Shown one piece after another: positions 38,471 through 49,168 of a DNA stretch of 64,000 nt. The translations under genes and the position numbers were made by a program. Location of the stretch: assembly GCA_963775465.1 (NCBI GenBank), contig CAVZIW010000003.1:332205-396204 (forward strand), given 5' to 3'. Origin of the DNA: Candidatus Bathyarchaeota archaeon. Its GTDB lineage: Archaea; Thermoproteota; Bathyarchaeia; Bathyarchaeales; Bathycorpusculaceae. Each line of letters begins with the position of its first letter. The first letter of the stretch is position 1. The notes under the pieces are model-generated. The model ran no database searches. It was not told where the DNA came from and was given only the letters and a program-made list of their open reading frames with translations.

Positions 38471-38628
38471 GCTAGCTCTTAGTGCGAAAATTTTGTAATC
38501 TTTCTTTAATTTTAATTTCTTCTTGTTTATTTTTGATTTATTTTTTTGTTGCCGATTGGATTAGTCTTGAGTTTTTTTTGGGTTTATATTTATAACTGAC
38601 TTGTGGGATTCATTAATCGAAGTTTATC

Positions 38629-40482
38629 ATGACGCGGATCGCTGTCTTAAACGCCGACAAGTGCAAGGTCAAAAAATGCAATCAACTTTGCGTAAGCTAT
38701 TGCCCCATGGTGCGGAGTCGAGTGGAAGCTATACGCGTGGAGGGTAACAAAGCTCTTATCTCTGAAGTGCTTTGCAGCGGGTGTGGTATCTGCGTCAAAA
38801 AATGTCCTTTTAAGGCCATTAGTATTGTGAATTTGCCTGATGAGCTTGAAAAGGATTGTAGTCATCGATTTAGCGCTAACAGTTTCAAGCTTTTCCGTTT
38901 GCCTATGCCTTCGCCGGGTACTGTTTTGGGGTTGCTTGGGCAAAATGGAATTGGAAAAAGTACCACATTGAAGGTTTTCTCAGGGGAAATTAAGCCTAAC
39001 TTGGGTAAATTCGATTCTGCACCTGACTGGCCGGAAATCATTCAGTACTATCGCGGTTCTAGCTTGCAAGATTATTTTCAGAAGTTAAGCAAGAATCAAC
39101 TTAAAGTTAGCAGTAAACCTCAGTATGTTGATAAGATTCCTAAAGCTGTTGAAGGTAAAGCTGGAGATTTACTGGAAAAAGTTGATGAGCGTAAACAGCT
39201 TGATGCGATTGCTGAAGAGTTAGAGCTTAAGAAAATTTGGGATCGTGCTCTTGATGTGCTTAGTGGTGGGGAGCTTCAGCGTGTTGCGGTTGCGGCGGCT
39301 CTTAGTCGTGATGCGGATGTTTATCTTTTTGATGAGCCTTCGAGTTATTTGGATGTGAAGCAGCGTCTTGTGGTTGCTAGGGCGATTCGTAGCCTTAAGG
39401 AGCAGCAAAAAACTATAGTTGTTGCTGAACATGATTTGGCTATTATCGATTACTTGTCTGACCAAATCTGTGTTTTCTATGGTGAGCCGGGAGTGTATGG
39501 TGTTGTTTCTCATGTGCATGGTGTGCGTACTGGCATTAACATATACCTTCAGGGTTACATAGCTGATGAGAACATTTTGTTTAGAAAAGAATCTATTGTT
39601 TTTCATGAGAAACCTCCAGCAACTGCAGGTACCCTGATTGGTGAGCCTTTGCTCAAGTGGGATAATATGGAGAAGACCTTCCAAGGCTTCAAACTTGCCA
39701 TCGAACCAGGAGAAATCAGGGCTAGCGAAATCATCGGAATTCTTGGACCCAACGGGATAGGTAAAACAACTTTTGTTAAGATTCTTGCGGGTCTTGAAGA
39801 AACTGACGATAAACGTCAGCTTAGTAAGTTAACGGTTAGCTATAAGCCTCAGTATATAGCTCCAGATTATGAAGGTACCGTGCAGGAGTTGTTGATGAAT
39901 GTGGCAAAAGATAACTTTACTTCTAGTTGGTATAAAACCGAAATTGCTCAGCCCCTTCGGCTTCAAGTTTTGTTGGATCGTAACGTAATGGAGCTTAGCG
40001 GTGGGGAACTTCAAAAAGTTGCCATAGCTGCTTGTCTTAGCCGTAAAACCGATCTGTTCCTGCTCGATGAACCTAGTGCCTATTTGGATGTTGAGGAGCG
40101 TTTAAACGTTGCAAAGACGTTGCGGCGTGTGGTCGAGGCTCATGGAATTCCTGCATTTGTTGTTGAACATGATGTTGTGACGCAAGACTTTATCGCTGAT
40201 CGTCTCATGGTTTTTAATGGGCAACCGGGTGAGAGTGGAAAAGCTCATCCTCCGACAACGTTGCGTGCCGGGATGAATACATTCCTTAAAGAAATGGACA
40301 TTACTTTCCGACGAGACTCAACTACCTTCCGGCCTCGTGTTAACAAGGAAGATTCACAGATGGATAAGTTCCAAAAAGACATCGGTGAATATTATTATAC
40401 AAAAGTAACCAGAGACAAAGACGAAAAAGAGGATAAGGCTGCAAAAGAGGCTTCAAAGAAGATGGAATCAGCTAAGAAATAG
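38629..40482 (+). CDS. rli: Ribosome recycling ATPase ABCE1 (RLI)
   Basis: N-terminal 2x[4Fe-4S] Cys motifs, GQNGIGKST/GPNGIGKTT, two LSGGELQ, hinge ITFRRD..RPRVNK. Confidence 0.97.
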   Translation: MTRIAVLNADKCKVKKCNQLCVSYCPMVRSRVEAIRVEGNKALISEVLCSGCGICVKKCPFKAISIVNLPDELEKDCSHRFSANSFKLFRLPMPSPGTVLGLLGQNGIGKSTTLKVFSGEIKPNLGKFDSAPDWPEIIQYYRGSSLQDYFQKLSKNQLKVSSKPQYVDKIPKAVEGKAGDLLEKVDERKQLDAIAEELELKKIWDRALDVLSGGELQRVAVAAALSRDADVYLFDEPSSYLDVKQRLVVARAIRSLKEQQKTIVVAEHDLAIIDYLSDQICVFYGEPGVYGVVSHVHGVRTGINIYLQGYIADENILFRKESIVFHEKPPATAGTLIGEPLLKWDNMEKTFQGFKLAIEPGEIRASEIIGILGPNGIGKTTFVKILAGLEETDDKRQLSKLTVSYKPQYIAPDYEGTVQELLMNVAKDNFTSSWYKTEIAQPLRLQVLLDRNVMELSGGELQKVAIAACLSRKTDLFLLDEPSAYLDVEERLNVAKTLRRVVEAHGIPAFVVEHDVVTQDFIADRLMVFNGQPGESGKAHPPTTLRAGMNTFLKEMDITFRRDSTTFRPRVNKEDSQMDKFQKDIGEYYYTKVTRDKDEKEDKAAKEASKKMESAKK

Positions 40483-40670
40483 ATAACGCATAGGTTTAGC
40501 TGTCAAACCATTAATTTTACATTTTTAGCGCAAAAATATTCATGTAAGTCTGTCTCCGTGTGCTTCTAAAACGTGGCTTTTATACTTAGAGTGCAGTTAA
40601 CTTAAAGAACCACCAACAAATATACTTAGCATTCGCAAAAACAAAACGGGGAAAGTGGTGTAAGCAGCAA

Positions 40671-42197
40671 GTGGCTCAAGCAACATTCGAAGAAATTTCG
40701 GCATCTGACTTTTTTTACCGTAACCGTGACATCGCAGGCTTAACAAACCCCTCGCGTAGCATCTTTGTTGCCATTCGTGAAGTTGTTGAAAATAGTCTTG
40801 ACGCTGCTGAGAGCCAAAAGATTCCTCCGAATATTTATGTGCGTTTGTCTTTTGAGTCAGAAGCAACTAAGGCTACTCAAATCTATAAGCTTCATGTTGC
40901 AGACAACGGCAGTGGGATTCCTCCAAAGTTTATCCCTTCCGCGTTTGGACAGGTTCTCTATGGCAGTAAGTATAAGCTCAAACAGGCCCGAGGTACTTTT
41001 GGGCTTGGTGGCAAGATGGCGGTGTTGTATGGGCAAATCACTACGCACCAGCCTGTTTTTGTAACTTCGAGCACTGGGCAGGAAAAAATCTACAGTTTTA
41101 AACTGATGATTGATATCCAGCGGAATAGGCCTATAATTTTGGATCGTAAAGTTCTGATAAATAAGGATCGTTGGCAGGGAACAATAATTGAGTTCACGTT
41201 GGAAGGTGACTATTTGCGTGCTATGCCTAAAATTATTGATTACTTTAAGCAGACAGCCATGGTTAACCCGTATGCAAATATCACTTTTGTGGATCCTAAG
41301 GGTAGGCTCTACAAGTTTGTAAGGGCAACAACAGTTATGCCTGATCCGCCCAAAGAGACTATGCCTCACCCTTACGGTGTTGATGTTGAGTTGTTGCAGC
41401 GGCTTATCCAAATTACTGAATTTAATAACATGAGTAGTTTTCTGAGAGGGCATTTTCATAGAGTCGGGGAAATTACGGCGCAAAAGTTTTTGGATTTTGC
41501 TGGTATCTCTCCGAAGAAGAATCCGAAAAAACTTGCTCATGAAGAAATAGTGCGGTTGATGCAGAACCTTAAAAGGTTTAAAGACTTCCTTCCGCCCGAT
41601 GCTAACTGTCTTTCACCTTTGGGTGAAGAGTTGCTTAAGGCTGGTGTTGTGAAAGAGTTAAACCCTGAGTATTTGGTTGTGCATCAGCGTAAGCCTTCAA
41701 CTTATGCAGGTCATCCGTTCATTGTGGAGATGGCTATGGCTTACGGTGGGAACGTGCCTAAGAGCGGTACTTTTGTTATCTATCGTTTTGCTAACAAAAT
41801 TCCGCTTCTTTATGATGAAGCCAGTGATGTTTCTTATCGTGTGATTTCGGCTATGAATTGGCGTCGTTATAAGGTGCATCCTGAGATGCCGATCGCTATT
41901 GTGGTGCACATTTGCAGTACCAAAGTGCCCTACAAGACTGTGGGCAAGGAATTCATAAGTGATCGTCCCGAAATAAGGCGGGAGGTTGCGAATGCGCTTA
42001 GGGAGGTTGCACGGCAGATTCAGCATTTTCTTGCTAGGCAAGAGCATGTTCATATGGAGAAGAAGCGGTTGGGGATTTTTAGCAAGTTTCTGCCTAAGAT
42101 CGCGGAGTTTTCAACTATTCTTGCGAGGCAGGAGAAGAAGCCTGATATCGAAAAATTACTAAAGAGTGTGCAGAAGTATGGATCAGAAGAAAGCTAA
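40671..42197 (+). CDS. top6B: DNA topoisomerase VI subunit B
   Basis: EVVENSLDA, DNGSG, RGTFGLG, PHPYG, RFANKIPL, STKVPY. Confidence 0.97.
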   Translation: MAQATFEEISASDFFYRNRDIAGLTNPSRSIFVAIREVVENSLDAAESQKIPPNIYVRLSFESEATKATQIYKLHVADNGSGIPPKFIPSAFGQVLYGSKYKLKQARGTFGLGGKMAVLYGQITTHQPVFVTSSTGQEKIYSFKLMIDIQRNRPIILDRKVLINKDRWQGTIIEFTLEGDYLRAMPKIIDYFKQTAMVNPYANITFVDPKGRLYKFVRATTVMPDPPKETMPHPYGVDVELLQRLIQITEFNNMSSFLRGHFHRVGEITAQKFLDFAGISPKKNPKKLAHEEIVRLMQNLKRFKDFLPPDANCLSPLGEELLKAGVVKELNPEYLVVHQRKPSTYAGHPFIVEMAMAYGGNVPKSGTFVIYRFANKIPLLYDEASDVSYRVISAMNWRRYKVHPEMPIAIVVHICSTKVPYKTVGKEFISDRPEIRREVANALREVARQIQHFLARQEHVHMEKKRLGIFSKFLPKIAEFSTILARQEKKPDIEKLLKSVQKYGSEES

Positions 42198-43275
42198 GGT
42201 TGCAGAAAGAAAAGAAGAAGTTGTTTCTTGTCTGAAGAGGTTTGGTACTGAGATCTACAATCAGTTAGATCAGGGTGTTTTCCCCACGATTAACATGCCG
42301 AGTCGTTCTACTGAGAACATTACTTATGATTCTGCGCTTCGTCAGTACATTTTAGGTGAAAGGGTTGTTACTCGTAGTGCTCGTAACATTCGTCATATAA
42401 GGCCTTTTACTCAGCTTGCTTGGGCGGCGATGTTTGGTAATGAGTTGACTACTCAGCGCAAGACCTCAACGTTGAGAGATGTGTATTATTCGGCTCAGGC
42501 TTATGAGATGACTTTTAATGATCAGCAGGAATCGAACAATATAATTACTGATCTTGAGACTTTGACTGGGTTTGCTCGAGAGGATTTTCATATTTTTCCT
42601 GAAGAGCGTAGTGCTATTTTTGGTGACTTAGATATCGGTTATACTGTTCCAGGTTACGAGGGTAAATCGCTTAACTTGACTAGCCATCCTGATGGAGTTT
42701 TGATCGGGCCAGCGTTGACTACTTCTGAGTTTTTAGGAACTAAGGCTGATAAGGTCATTGCGATTGAGAAGGGTGCTTTGTTTACGAGGTTTATTGAAGA
42801 AAATGTTCACAATAAGCATAAGTCTCTGCTTATTTCGTGTGGTGGTCAAGCTCCTAGGCAGACTCGTAGTTTTATTAGGCGTTTGCATGATGAGTTGAAT
42901 TTGCCGGTTTATATTTTAACTGACGGTGACCCGTGGGGGATGCATATTGCTCAAGTTATCATTTCAGGTTCAGCTAATGCTGCGCATCTTCGTGAACTTA
43001 ATACGCCTGATGCGGTTTGGAGTGGAGTTTGGGCAAGTGATATAGTTGAGTATAAGCTGCCAACTGATCCGCTCGATGAGGTTGATATTAAGCGTCTGTA
43101 TGAGTTGCAGAGGGATCCGCGTTATCAGAATGATCCTTTGTGGCAGCGAGAAATTAAGTTGTTTCTTAAGATTAAGCGCAAGGCGGAACAGGAAGCTTTC
43201 AGCAGGTACGGATTAACCTACATTGTGGATGAATATTTGCCTACTAAGCTTGAAGGTGCAAAGGGCAAAAAGTAG
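42178..43275 (+). CDS. top6A: DNA topoisomerase VI subunit A
   Basis: TLRDVYY catalytic Tyr, IEK, GQ, DGDPWG, KAEQEA. Confidence 0.97.
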   Translation: MDQKKAKVAERKEEVVSCLKRFGTEIYNQLDQGVFPTINMPSRSTENITYDSALRQYILGERVVTRSARNIRHIRPFTQLAWAAMFGNELTTQRKTSTLRDVYYSAQAYEMTFNDQQESNNIITDLETLTGFAREDFHIFPEERSAIFGDLDIGYTVPGYEGKSLNLTSHPDGVLIGPALTTSEFLGTKADKVIAIEKGALFTRFIEENVHNKHKSLLISCGGQAPRQTRSFIRRLHDELNLPVYILTDGDPWGMHIAQVIISGSANAAHLRELNTPDAVWSGVWASDIVEYKLPTDPLDEVDIKRLYELQRDPRYQNDPLWQREIKLFLKIKRKAEQEAFSRYGLTYIVDEYLPTKLEGAKGKK

Positions 43276-43576
43276 TGTGGTTGGTTGTTTACTTTTCTTT
43301 TTGACAGAAATTTCTGAATTGGCTAAGAATGGTTAATGTATTTTTTTAGCAAAGAATGCTTTGTAGGCTAGCTTAGAAAAAGGGGGATCGCGGGAAATAC
43401 CCTTGACCTGATTTTGATGTTGTTTCTTAGCTGTTGTGAAGGATGGTTGCTTATTGCATGATATGCGAGGTCGAATCGGTTGAGGTTCATTACTTTGTTT
43501 CATGTTGCTACGAAGTAGTGCAGCAACTTCTTCTATGGGTCCTCTCGCGTCCCTGTCGAACTTGTCTGTGATCTGA

Positions 43577-45037
43577 TTATTCGTTTTTTACGCCTTTGGC
43601 GATGCGGTCGCCGACTTCTTTATCGATGTTGCGCCAGTATTCGAATGCTCGTTGTAGCACGGGTTCGGATACGCCGTTTTTCAGATGTCCTACCACATTG
43701 GACACCAACCGGTCTCGTTGCGCATTGTCCATTACTTTGCGTACCAGGGTGCCGGGCTGGCCGAAGTCGTCGTCGTCTTTGCGTTTGTTGTAGGCTGCGC
43801 GTGTGAACTCGCCGTTGGCGCTCCAGATGGTGACCTCGGGGTACTGCTCTGGGTCTGCTTTTGGGCCGCCTTTTGAGTTGGGTGCATAGACGGGGTCGGT
43901 GACGTTGTTTATTCGCATTGCTCCGCCTTTGCTGTAGCTGTGGATTGGTACTTTGGGTCGGTTGACTGGAATCTGTTTGTAGTTGACTCCTAGGCGAGCT
44001 CGGTGGGCGTCGGAGTAGGAAACCAGGCGGGCGAGTAGCATTTTGTCTGGGCTTGGTCCGATTCCGGGGACGAGGTTGTTTGGTTCGAATGCTGCTTGCT
44101 CGATCTCAGCTTGAAAATCGTTGGGGTTGTGGTTTAGCGTCAGTTTGCCCACTTCGTGTACTGGGTAGTCTTCGTGGGGCCAGACTTTGGTCAGGTCGAA
44201 GGGGTTGAATCGGTAGGTTTCGGCCTCTTTGAAGGGCATGATTTGGACTTGTAGAGTCCAACTGGGGTAGTCTCCTTTTTTGATTGCTTCGAACAGGTCG
44301 CGGCGGTGGTAGTCGGCGTCAACACCGGCAATTCGGTCGGCCTCTTCTTGGGTTAGGAAGTCGATGCCTTGGTTTGTCTTGAAGTGATATTTCACCCAGT
44401 AGCGCTCGTTTTTGGCATTGACCCACATGTATGTGTGGCTTGAGTAGCCGTTCATGTTTCGATAGCTTTTTGGGACTCCACGATCGCTCATCAAGATGGT
44501 GACTTGATGGGCTGACTCGGGTGAAAGGGTCCAGAAGTCCCACTGCATGTCGTTATCGCGCAGGCCGTTTTCTGCACGGCGTTTTTGGGAGTGGATGAAG
44601 TGTTGGAATTTCATAGGGTCGCGCACGAAAAAGACAGGGGTGTTGTTTCCCACCATGTCATAATTGCCTTCTGTGGTGTAGAACTTTAGTGCAAAGCCGC
44701 GTACATCTCGCCAGGTGTCGGGGCTGCCGCTTTCGCCGGCTACGGTGGAGAAGCGGGCTAGCACCTCGGTTTTGGTGCCTGGATGGAACATGGCTGCCTT
44801 TGTATAAGCGCTGACGTCTTTGGTTACCTCGAAGTATCCGAAGGCTCCGGAACCTTTTGCGTGGGGTTGGCGGTCTGGGATCATCTCTCGGTTAAAGTTT
44901 GCCATCTGTTCCATCAGGTAGTGGTCCTGTAGCAGGATTGGGCCATCAGGTCCAACTGTAAGAGAAAACTCTTGGCTGGCTACTGGGATTCCGGCATCGG
45001 TTGTTGTGGGTTTTTGTTCGTCTTTTTTTGTGGTTAT
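43577..45037 (-). CDS. katA: Monofunctional heme catalase, small-subunit type (non-canonical start, probably ATA 45037)
   Basis: [37 protein letters not shown]; conserved [22 protein letters not shown] arm lies upstream of the track ATG. Confidence 0.95.
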   Translation of the reverse strand: MTTKKDEQKPTTTDAGIPVASQEFSLTVGPDGPILLQDHYLMEQMANFNREMIPDRQPHAKGSGAFGYFEVTKDVSAYTKAAMFHPGTKTEVLARFSTVAGESGSPDTWRDVRGFALKFYTTEGNYDMVGNNTPVFFVRDPMKFQHFIHSQKRRAENGLRDNDMQWDFWTLSPESAHQVTILMSDRGVPKSYRNMNGYSSHTYMWVNAKNERYWVKYHFKTNQGIDFLTQEEADRIAGVDADYHRRDLFEAIKKGDYPSWTLQVQIMPFKEAETYRFNPFDLTKVWPHEDYPVHEVGKLTLNHNPNDFQAEIEQAAFEPNNLVPGIGPSPDKMLLARLVSYSDAHRARLGVNYKQIPVNRPKVPIHSYSKGGAMRINNVTDPVYAPNSKGGPKADPEQYPEVTIWSANGEFTRAAYNKRKDDDDFGQPGTLVRKVMDNAQRDRLVSNVVGHLKNGVSEPVLQRAFEYWRNIDKEVGDRIAKGVKNE

Positions 45038-45131
45038 GATAAAACAACTCCTCGATTTGTGTAAAGATGTTTTATTTTCATCTGTAAAAAACTCCTTTTT
45101 GTCTGTTATAGGATAGTGGAAAAGGTTTATT

Positions 45132-45155
45132 TAAGAATTATTATTATCTAATAAT
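45132..45155. promoter_or_regulatory. Per/Fur-like box between katA and perR
   Basis: TAAGAATTATTATTA (11/14 match to TTATAATnATTATAA) overlapping palindrome ATTATT-atct-AATAAT. Confidence 0.6.
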
Positions 45156-45159
45156 CGAC

Positions 45160-45600
45160 ATGACAACTGATCATTTTAAATCAGATTCCTCCGCAATTGA
45201 AGCTCTGCGAAGTAAAGGCTACAAGGCAACTCCGCAGAGAATAGCCATCTGCCGAATTGCCCTCAACAGTCGAGATCACCCGTCAGCCCAAGCAATCTAC
45301 AAGAAAGTTAAGAAGATCCATCCGACAGTCAGTCTAGCAACTGTCTACAAGACACTAGAAGTGCTTAAAGATTTAGATTTAGTGCAGGAGCTTAATTTTC
45401 CTAAGGGGCAGGCAAAGTTTGACTCTTACATGGCGCCTCACATTAACCTAATCTGCCTAAAATGTGGAGAAATCGTTGACTTAGATGATGCGGTTGCAGG
45501 GGAGATCTCAAAGATGGTGAGTGCAGTATCAAATTTCAAGCCAAACGGGCAACGGCTTGATGTATACGGTGTTTGCCAAAAATGCAGTGCCCCAAAATAA
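45160..45600 (+). CDS. perR: Fur family regulator, PerR-like
   Basis: TPQR, HPSA, SLATVYKTL, FD....H, CxxC twice; divergent from catalase. Confidence 0.88.
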   Translation: MTTDHFKSDSSAIEALRSKGYKATPQRIAICRIALNSRDHPSAQAIYKKVKKIHPTVSLATVYKTLEVLKDLDLVQELNFPKGQAKFDSYMAPHINLICLKCGEIVDLDDAVAGEISKMVSAVSNFKPNGQRLDVYGVCQKCSAPK

Positions 45601-45855
45601 ATGTATTTTAGTTTGCAGCAGCCAGCTTGTTTCAAAGGTTGTTTTTGGAAATATGGGGGGTTTATTTTGGTTTGTTTTTTGATTTAGGGTTTGTGGCTTT
45701 TGTAGGTTGCGCTCATGAAGGTCAGGTGTTTTCTAGTTGTCAGTGCTTGGCGGGATGGTTTTAAGTTGCTATTGGAATGCAAAAAAGGGGTTTTTGTTGC
45801 TAAACGCTTTTATCGTACAACTTTGACTAAAAAGATATTAAAAGAAGGTTTGACT

Positions 45856-46035
45856 ATGGTTGAAATTAAAGTAAGCGATAAATGTACTGGATGCGAAACA
45901 TGCGTGAACACTTGCCCTGTATGCGTCTACGAAATGAAAGACGGCAAATCTGTACCAGTGCGAGTCGACGAATGCATTGTATGCCGAACATGTGAATCTT
46001 CCTGCCCAGAAGGCGCAATTCAAGTCATAGAATAA
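45856..46035 (+). CDS. 2[4Fe-4S] ferredoxin
   Basis: CTGCETCVNTCP and CIVCRTCESSCP; start ATG 45856. Confidence 0.92.
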   Translation: MVEIKVSDKCTGCETCVNTCPVCVYEMKDGKSVPVRVDECIVCRTCESSCPEGAIQVIE

Positions 46036-46174
46036 GCATAGAGCGGCGTAAAATCCGATTTCTCCTTCGCAGAAGCGAGTAAATCTTGAACGTTAGTTAA
46101 ACCGAAAGGTTTAGCTTCGTCACTTTTTCCCTTGATTTGTTTGATTTAGAATTACAATTCTTGAAGTGATAAAA

Positions 46175-48115
46175 ATGCCTCGTGAAATAGTGCTTGGAAA
46201 CGGTTGCCTGACAGTTGCCATTGACAGCAAAATGAGCATTAGAGATTTTTCATACCCCCAAGAAGGTTTAGAAAATCACGCCAAGGGGCATCCATTTCGT
46301 TTAGGAGTGTGGGTTGACGGGGTTTTTTCGTGGGTAGGTGATGAGTGGAAGGTTTCTTTGAAGTATTTTCCAGATACTCTAGTGAGCAAATGTACAGCTT
46401 TTAACCCGAAGCTAAAACTTGAATTGAAGATAAACCACACAGTGGATAGTTTTCTTAACATATTTATAGAAAAAGTTCTTGTCAATAATTTGTCTGAAAA
46501 AGAACGAGATATTAGAGTGTTTTTTTCTCATGACTTTCATATCTACGGCGAAGAATCGGGAGATACTGCTTTTTATGAACCCGTCCACGAGTCAATTGTG
46601 CATTATAAGCGTTGCAGATATTTCCTCATTAATGGTGTAACTCGATCTAATGATGGGATATATGAGTTTTCAACAGGTCAAAAAGAAGCGTTCGGAAGAG
46701 AAGGCACTTGGAAGGATGCAGAAGATGGAAAATTAGAAAAGAACCCCATCGCACAGGGATCTGTTGATTCCACAGTTTCTTTCAAGCTTGAACTAAAACC
46801 AAACGCATCAGACATTATTTATTATTGGATTGCATGTGGACAAAACATCAAAGAAGTTAAAGACCTGAATGTTTTGGTTAAGAAAGAAAAAGTAGAGCAT
46901 TTACTTTTGAAAACAGAAAACTATTGGAGTGCATGGACTAACAGGCGAAGCATCGATCTTTCGGTTTTGCCTCGAGAAATATCGAGTATAGTGAAGAGAT
47001 CGCTTCTAACTATGAGAAATCATGTTGGCGACAACGGTGCAATAATCTCCTCATGCGACTCCGATGTTCTATTTTACAATAAGGATACATACGCCTATGT
47101 TTGGCCAAGAGACGCTGCAATATGTGCTATGGCGTTTGATGCTGCAGGTTTTCAGGAAATTTCTCGATTATTTTTCAATTTTTGCGAAAGAATAATCTCT
47201 GATGAGGGGTATTTTGCTCATAAATATTGGTCTGATGGCTCTCCGGGAAGCAGTTGGCATGCATTAATTGATGAGACTGGTCGTCATCAGCTTCCAATTC
47301 AAGTGGATGAGACGTCTCTTGTTTTGATTGCCCTTTGGAAACACTTTGAAAAATATCAAGATGTGGAATTTATTAGCAAAGTTTACCCTAGATTAATTGT
47401 TAATACGGCGGATTTCTTAAGAAGCTACGTTAATCCGGAAACGGGGTTGCCAAAACATTCATTTGATATGTGGGAAGAGCGGGCTGGGACTTTCACGGCT
47501 AGTGCTTCTTGTGTCTGTGCTGCTTTGTCTGCTGCGGCTAGGTTTGCTGAGGTTTTTTATGATAGAAAGCGCCAAACGGAGCTCAACAATGTTGCTGATC
47601 AAATGAAGTCTGCAATTGTGAAATATTTATATGATGATCATCTTAAGCGGTTCATTAGAGGTTTCTACCCGAACGGTCAACTCGACACAACTTTGGATAG
47701 TAGTTTAAGTTTTGTTTTCTTGTCTGAGACTTTTGGGGTTCAAGATAAAGGTGTCGTGGAGACAATGAATTCTTTGGAAGAGACCCTTTGGAATTCCGGT
47801 TCTTTTGGAGGGATGGCTAGATATGAAAACGACGAGTATTATCGTGTTTCAAGAAATGTTGTAGGTAATCCTTGGGTAATTTGTACTCTTTGGCTCGCTC
47901 GATGGTACATTGCAAAGGCAACTTCAAAGAATGATTTAAAGAAACCTTTGGAGTTGCTTGGTTGGGTAGAGAAAACTGCTTCTCCGACAGGCCTTTTAGC
48001 AGAACAACTTGATCCTTTTAAAGGAAATTTAATTTCAGTATCTCCCTTGACTTGGAGCCACGCGGAATTTGTCTTGGCTGCAAGTGAATTTGTGGAAAAA
48101 TTTAAGAAAATGTGA
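46175..48115 (+). CDS. GH15 glucoamylase/trehalase family glycoside hydrolase
   Basis: YAYVWPRD, GSSWH, QVDET, DMWEER, RYENDEY, LAEQ, PLTWSHA. Confidence 0.93.
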   Translation: MPREIVLGNGCLTVAIDSKMSIRDFSYPQEGLENHAKGHPFRLGVWVDGVFSWVGDEWKVSLKYFPDTLVSKCTAFNPKLKLELKINHTVDSFLNIFIEKVLVNNLSEKERDIRVFFSHDFHIYGEESGDTAFYEPVHESIVHYKRCRYFLINGVTRSNDGIYEFSTGQKEAFGREGTWKDAEDGKLEKNPIAQGSVDSTVSFKLELKPNASDIIYYWIACGQNIKEVKDLNVLVKKEKVEHLLLKTENYWSAWTNRRSIDLSVLPREISSIVKRSLLTMRNHVGDNGAIISSCDSDVLFYNKDTYAYVWPRDAAICAMAFDAAGFQEISRLFFNFCERIISDEGYFAHKYWSDGSPGSSWHALIDETGRHQLPIQVDETSLVLIALWKHFEKYQDVEFISKVYPRLIVNTADFLRSYVNPETGLPKHSFDMWEERAGTFTASASCVCAALSAAARFAEVFYDRKRQTELNNVADQMKSAIVKYLYDDHLKRFIRGFYPNGQLDTTLDSSLSFVFLSETFGVQDKGVVETMNSLEETLWNSGSFGGMARYENDEYYRVSRNVVGNPWVICTLWLARWYIAKATSKNDLKKPLELLGWVEKTASPTGLLAEQLDPFKGNLISVSPLTWSHAEFVLAASEFVEKFKKM

Positions 48116-48143
48116 TTAGAACAGATAGCTGAGGAGAAAATTT

Positions 48144-48455
48144 TTGGTGTTGCTCAAAGTTTGTGACTTAGATATTGCACCTTCGCCGGGGAGCCTCAAG
48201 GCGTTCAACGTTGGGTCTTTAGAGATCTTGATGTCTAACGTTAATGGACAGTTTTACTGTACGAGTGCTAGGTGTCCTCATTCTGGAGGTGCACCACTGT
48301 CTGAGGGAACTCTGGATGGAATATTGTTAACTTGTCCTTGGCATGAAGCTCAATTTCGAGTGACTGATGGACAACTAATTAGGGGACCTGCCAAAGAGAA
48401 TTTGCGCGTTTACAGAAATGTTGTTAAGGAGAATCAAATTTTTGTTGAAGTATGA
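48144..48455 (+). CDS. Rieske [2Fe-2S] ferredoxin
   Basis: CPH...CPWH, GPA. Confidence 0.92.
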   Translation: MVLLKVCDLDIAPSPGSLKAFNVGSLEILMSNVNGQFYCTSARCPHSGGAPLSEGTLDGILLTCPWHEAQFRVTDGQLIRGPAKENLRVYRNVVKENQIFVEV

Positions 48456-48514
48456 ATCTTCCTGATGTAGCTTCATTGTTTGTTTGCAGACAGAGTTTGG
48501 GTCTGCTGTCTTGG

Positions 48515-48751
48515 TTACTTTGTTTTCTTTATGATTATGTGTATTGTCTTGTCTTCTTTGTTGCTTTTGATTATTTCGTAGTCTAAATGCTTGACGAGGC
48601 TTTGTATGTCTGATTCGGCGGCGGGGTCGTCGGCGATAACTTCTAGTGTTTCTCCGATGTTTAGTTTATCTAATTCTGGTCTTGTTCTGAATACTGGTTC
48701 GGGGCAGGTTAAACCTGTGAGGTCGAGTTTCTTGTTTGCGTTGGGGTTCAT
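48515..48751 (-). CDS. tusA: TusA/SirA sulfurtransferase
   Basis: LDLTGLTCPEP, DDPAA..DI. Confidence 0.92.
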   Translation of the reverse strand: MNPNANKKLDLTGLTCPEPVFRTRPELDKLNIGETLEVIADDPAAESDIQSLVKHLDYEIIKSNKEDKTIHIIIKKTK

Positions 48752-48796
48752 GTGATCTTTTTCCTGTTTAAGTATTTGTTTATGAAAAGTTGTGGT

Positions 48797-49168
48797 TTAG
48801 AACCACATGGTGGCGTTGGCGTTTAGCGCTAAGTCGTTTAGGGTTGCGGCTCCTACAATTTTGACTCCTGGAATTAGGGTTACGTTGTCCCATCCGAGCA
48901 TTTGTTTGGATGCTTCACATACGTCGATTTCAATTCCCATCTGGAGGGTCTTTTGTAGCATTTCTGCAACGCTTGGGAATGATCCGAGTTTTATTTTTTC
49001 AGCTGCACCGGGGTGGAGTATTCTTAGGGCTTGTCCTAAATAGTAGACTTTGGGGTTTAAACCCATGGCTTTAGCTGTTTGTGCTAAGACTAAGGGCGAA
49101 TATTGCCTTTCGGGGTTGTCGCTGGTTTGTACATATAGAATAAATTTTTCATCTTTCAAAAAATTCAC
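48797..49168 (-). CDS. DsrE/DsrF-like protein
   Basis: PER..SPL.LA..A.AMG, VCEAS, VGAATL. Confidence 0.8.
   Translation of the reverse strand: MNFLKDEKFILYVQTSDNPERQYSPLVLAQTAKAMGLNPKVYYLGQALRILHPGAAEKIKLGSFPSVAEMLQKTLQMGIEIDVCEASKQMLGWDNVTLIPGVKIVGAATLNDLALNANATMWF

Noticed and set aside
39220-42053. Long antisense ORFs opposite ABCE1 and top6B
   Set aside because: Shadows of codon bias in conserved genes
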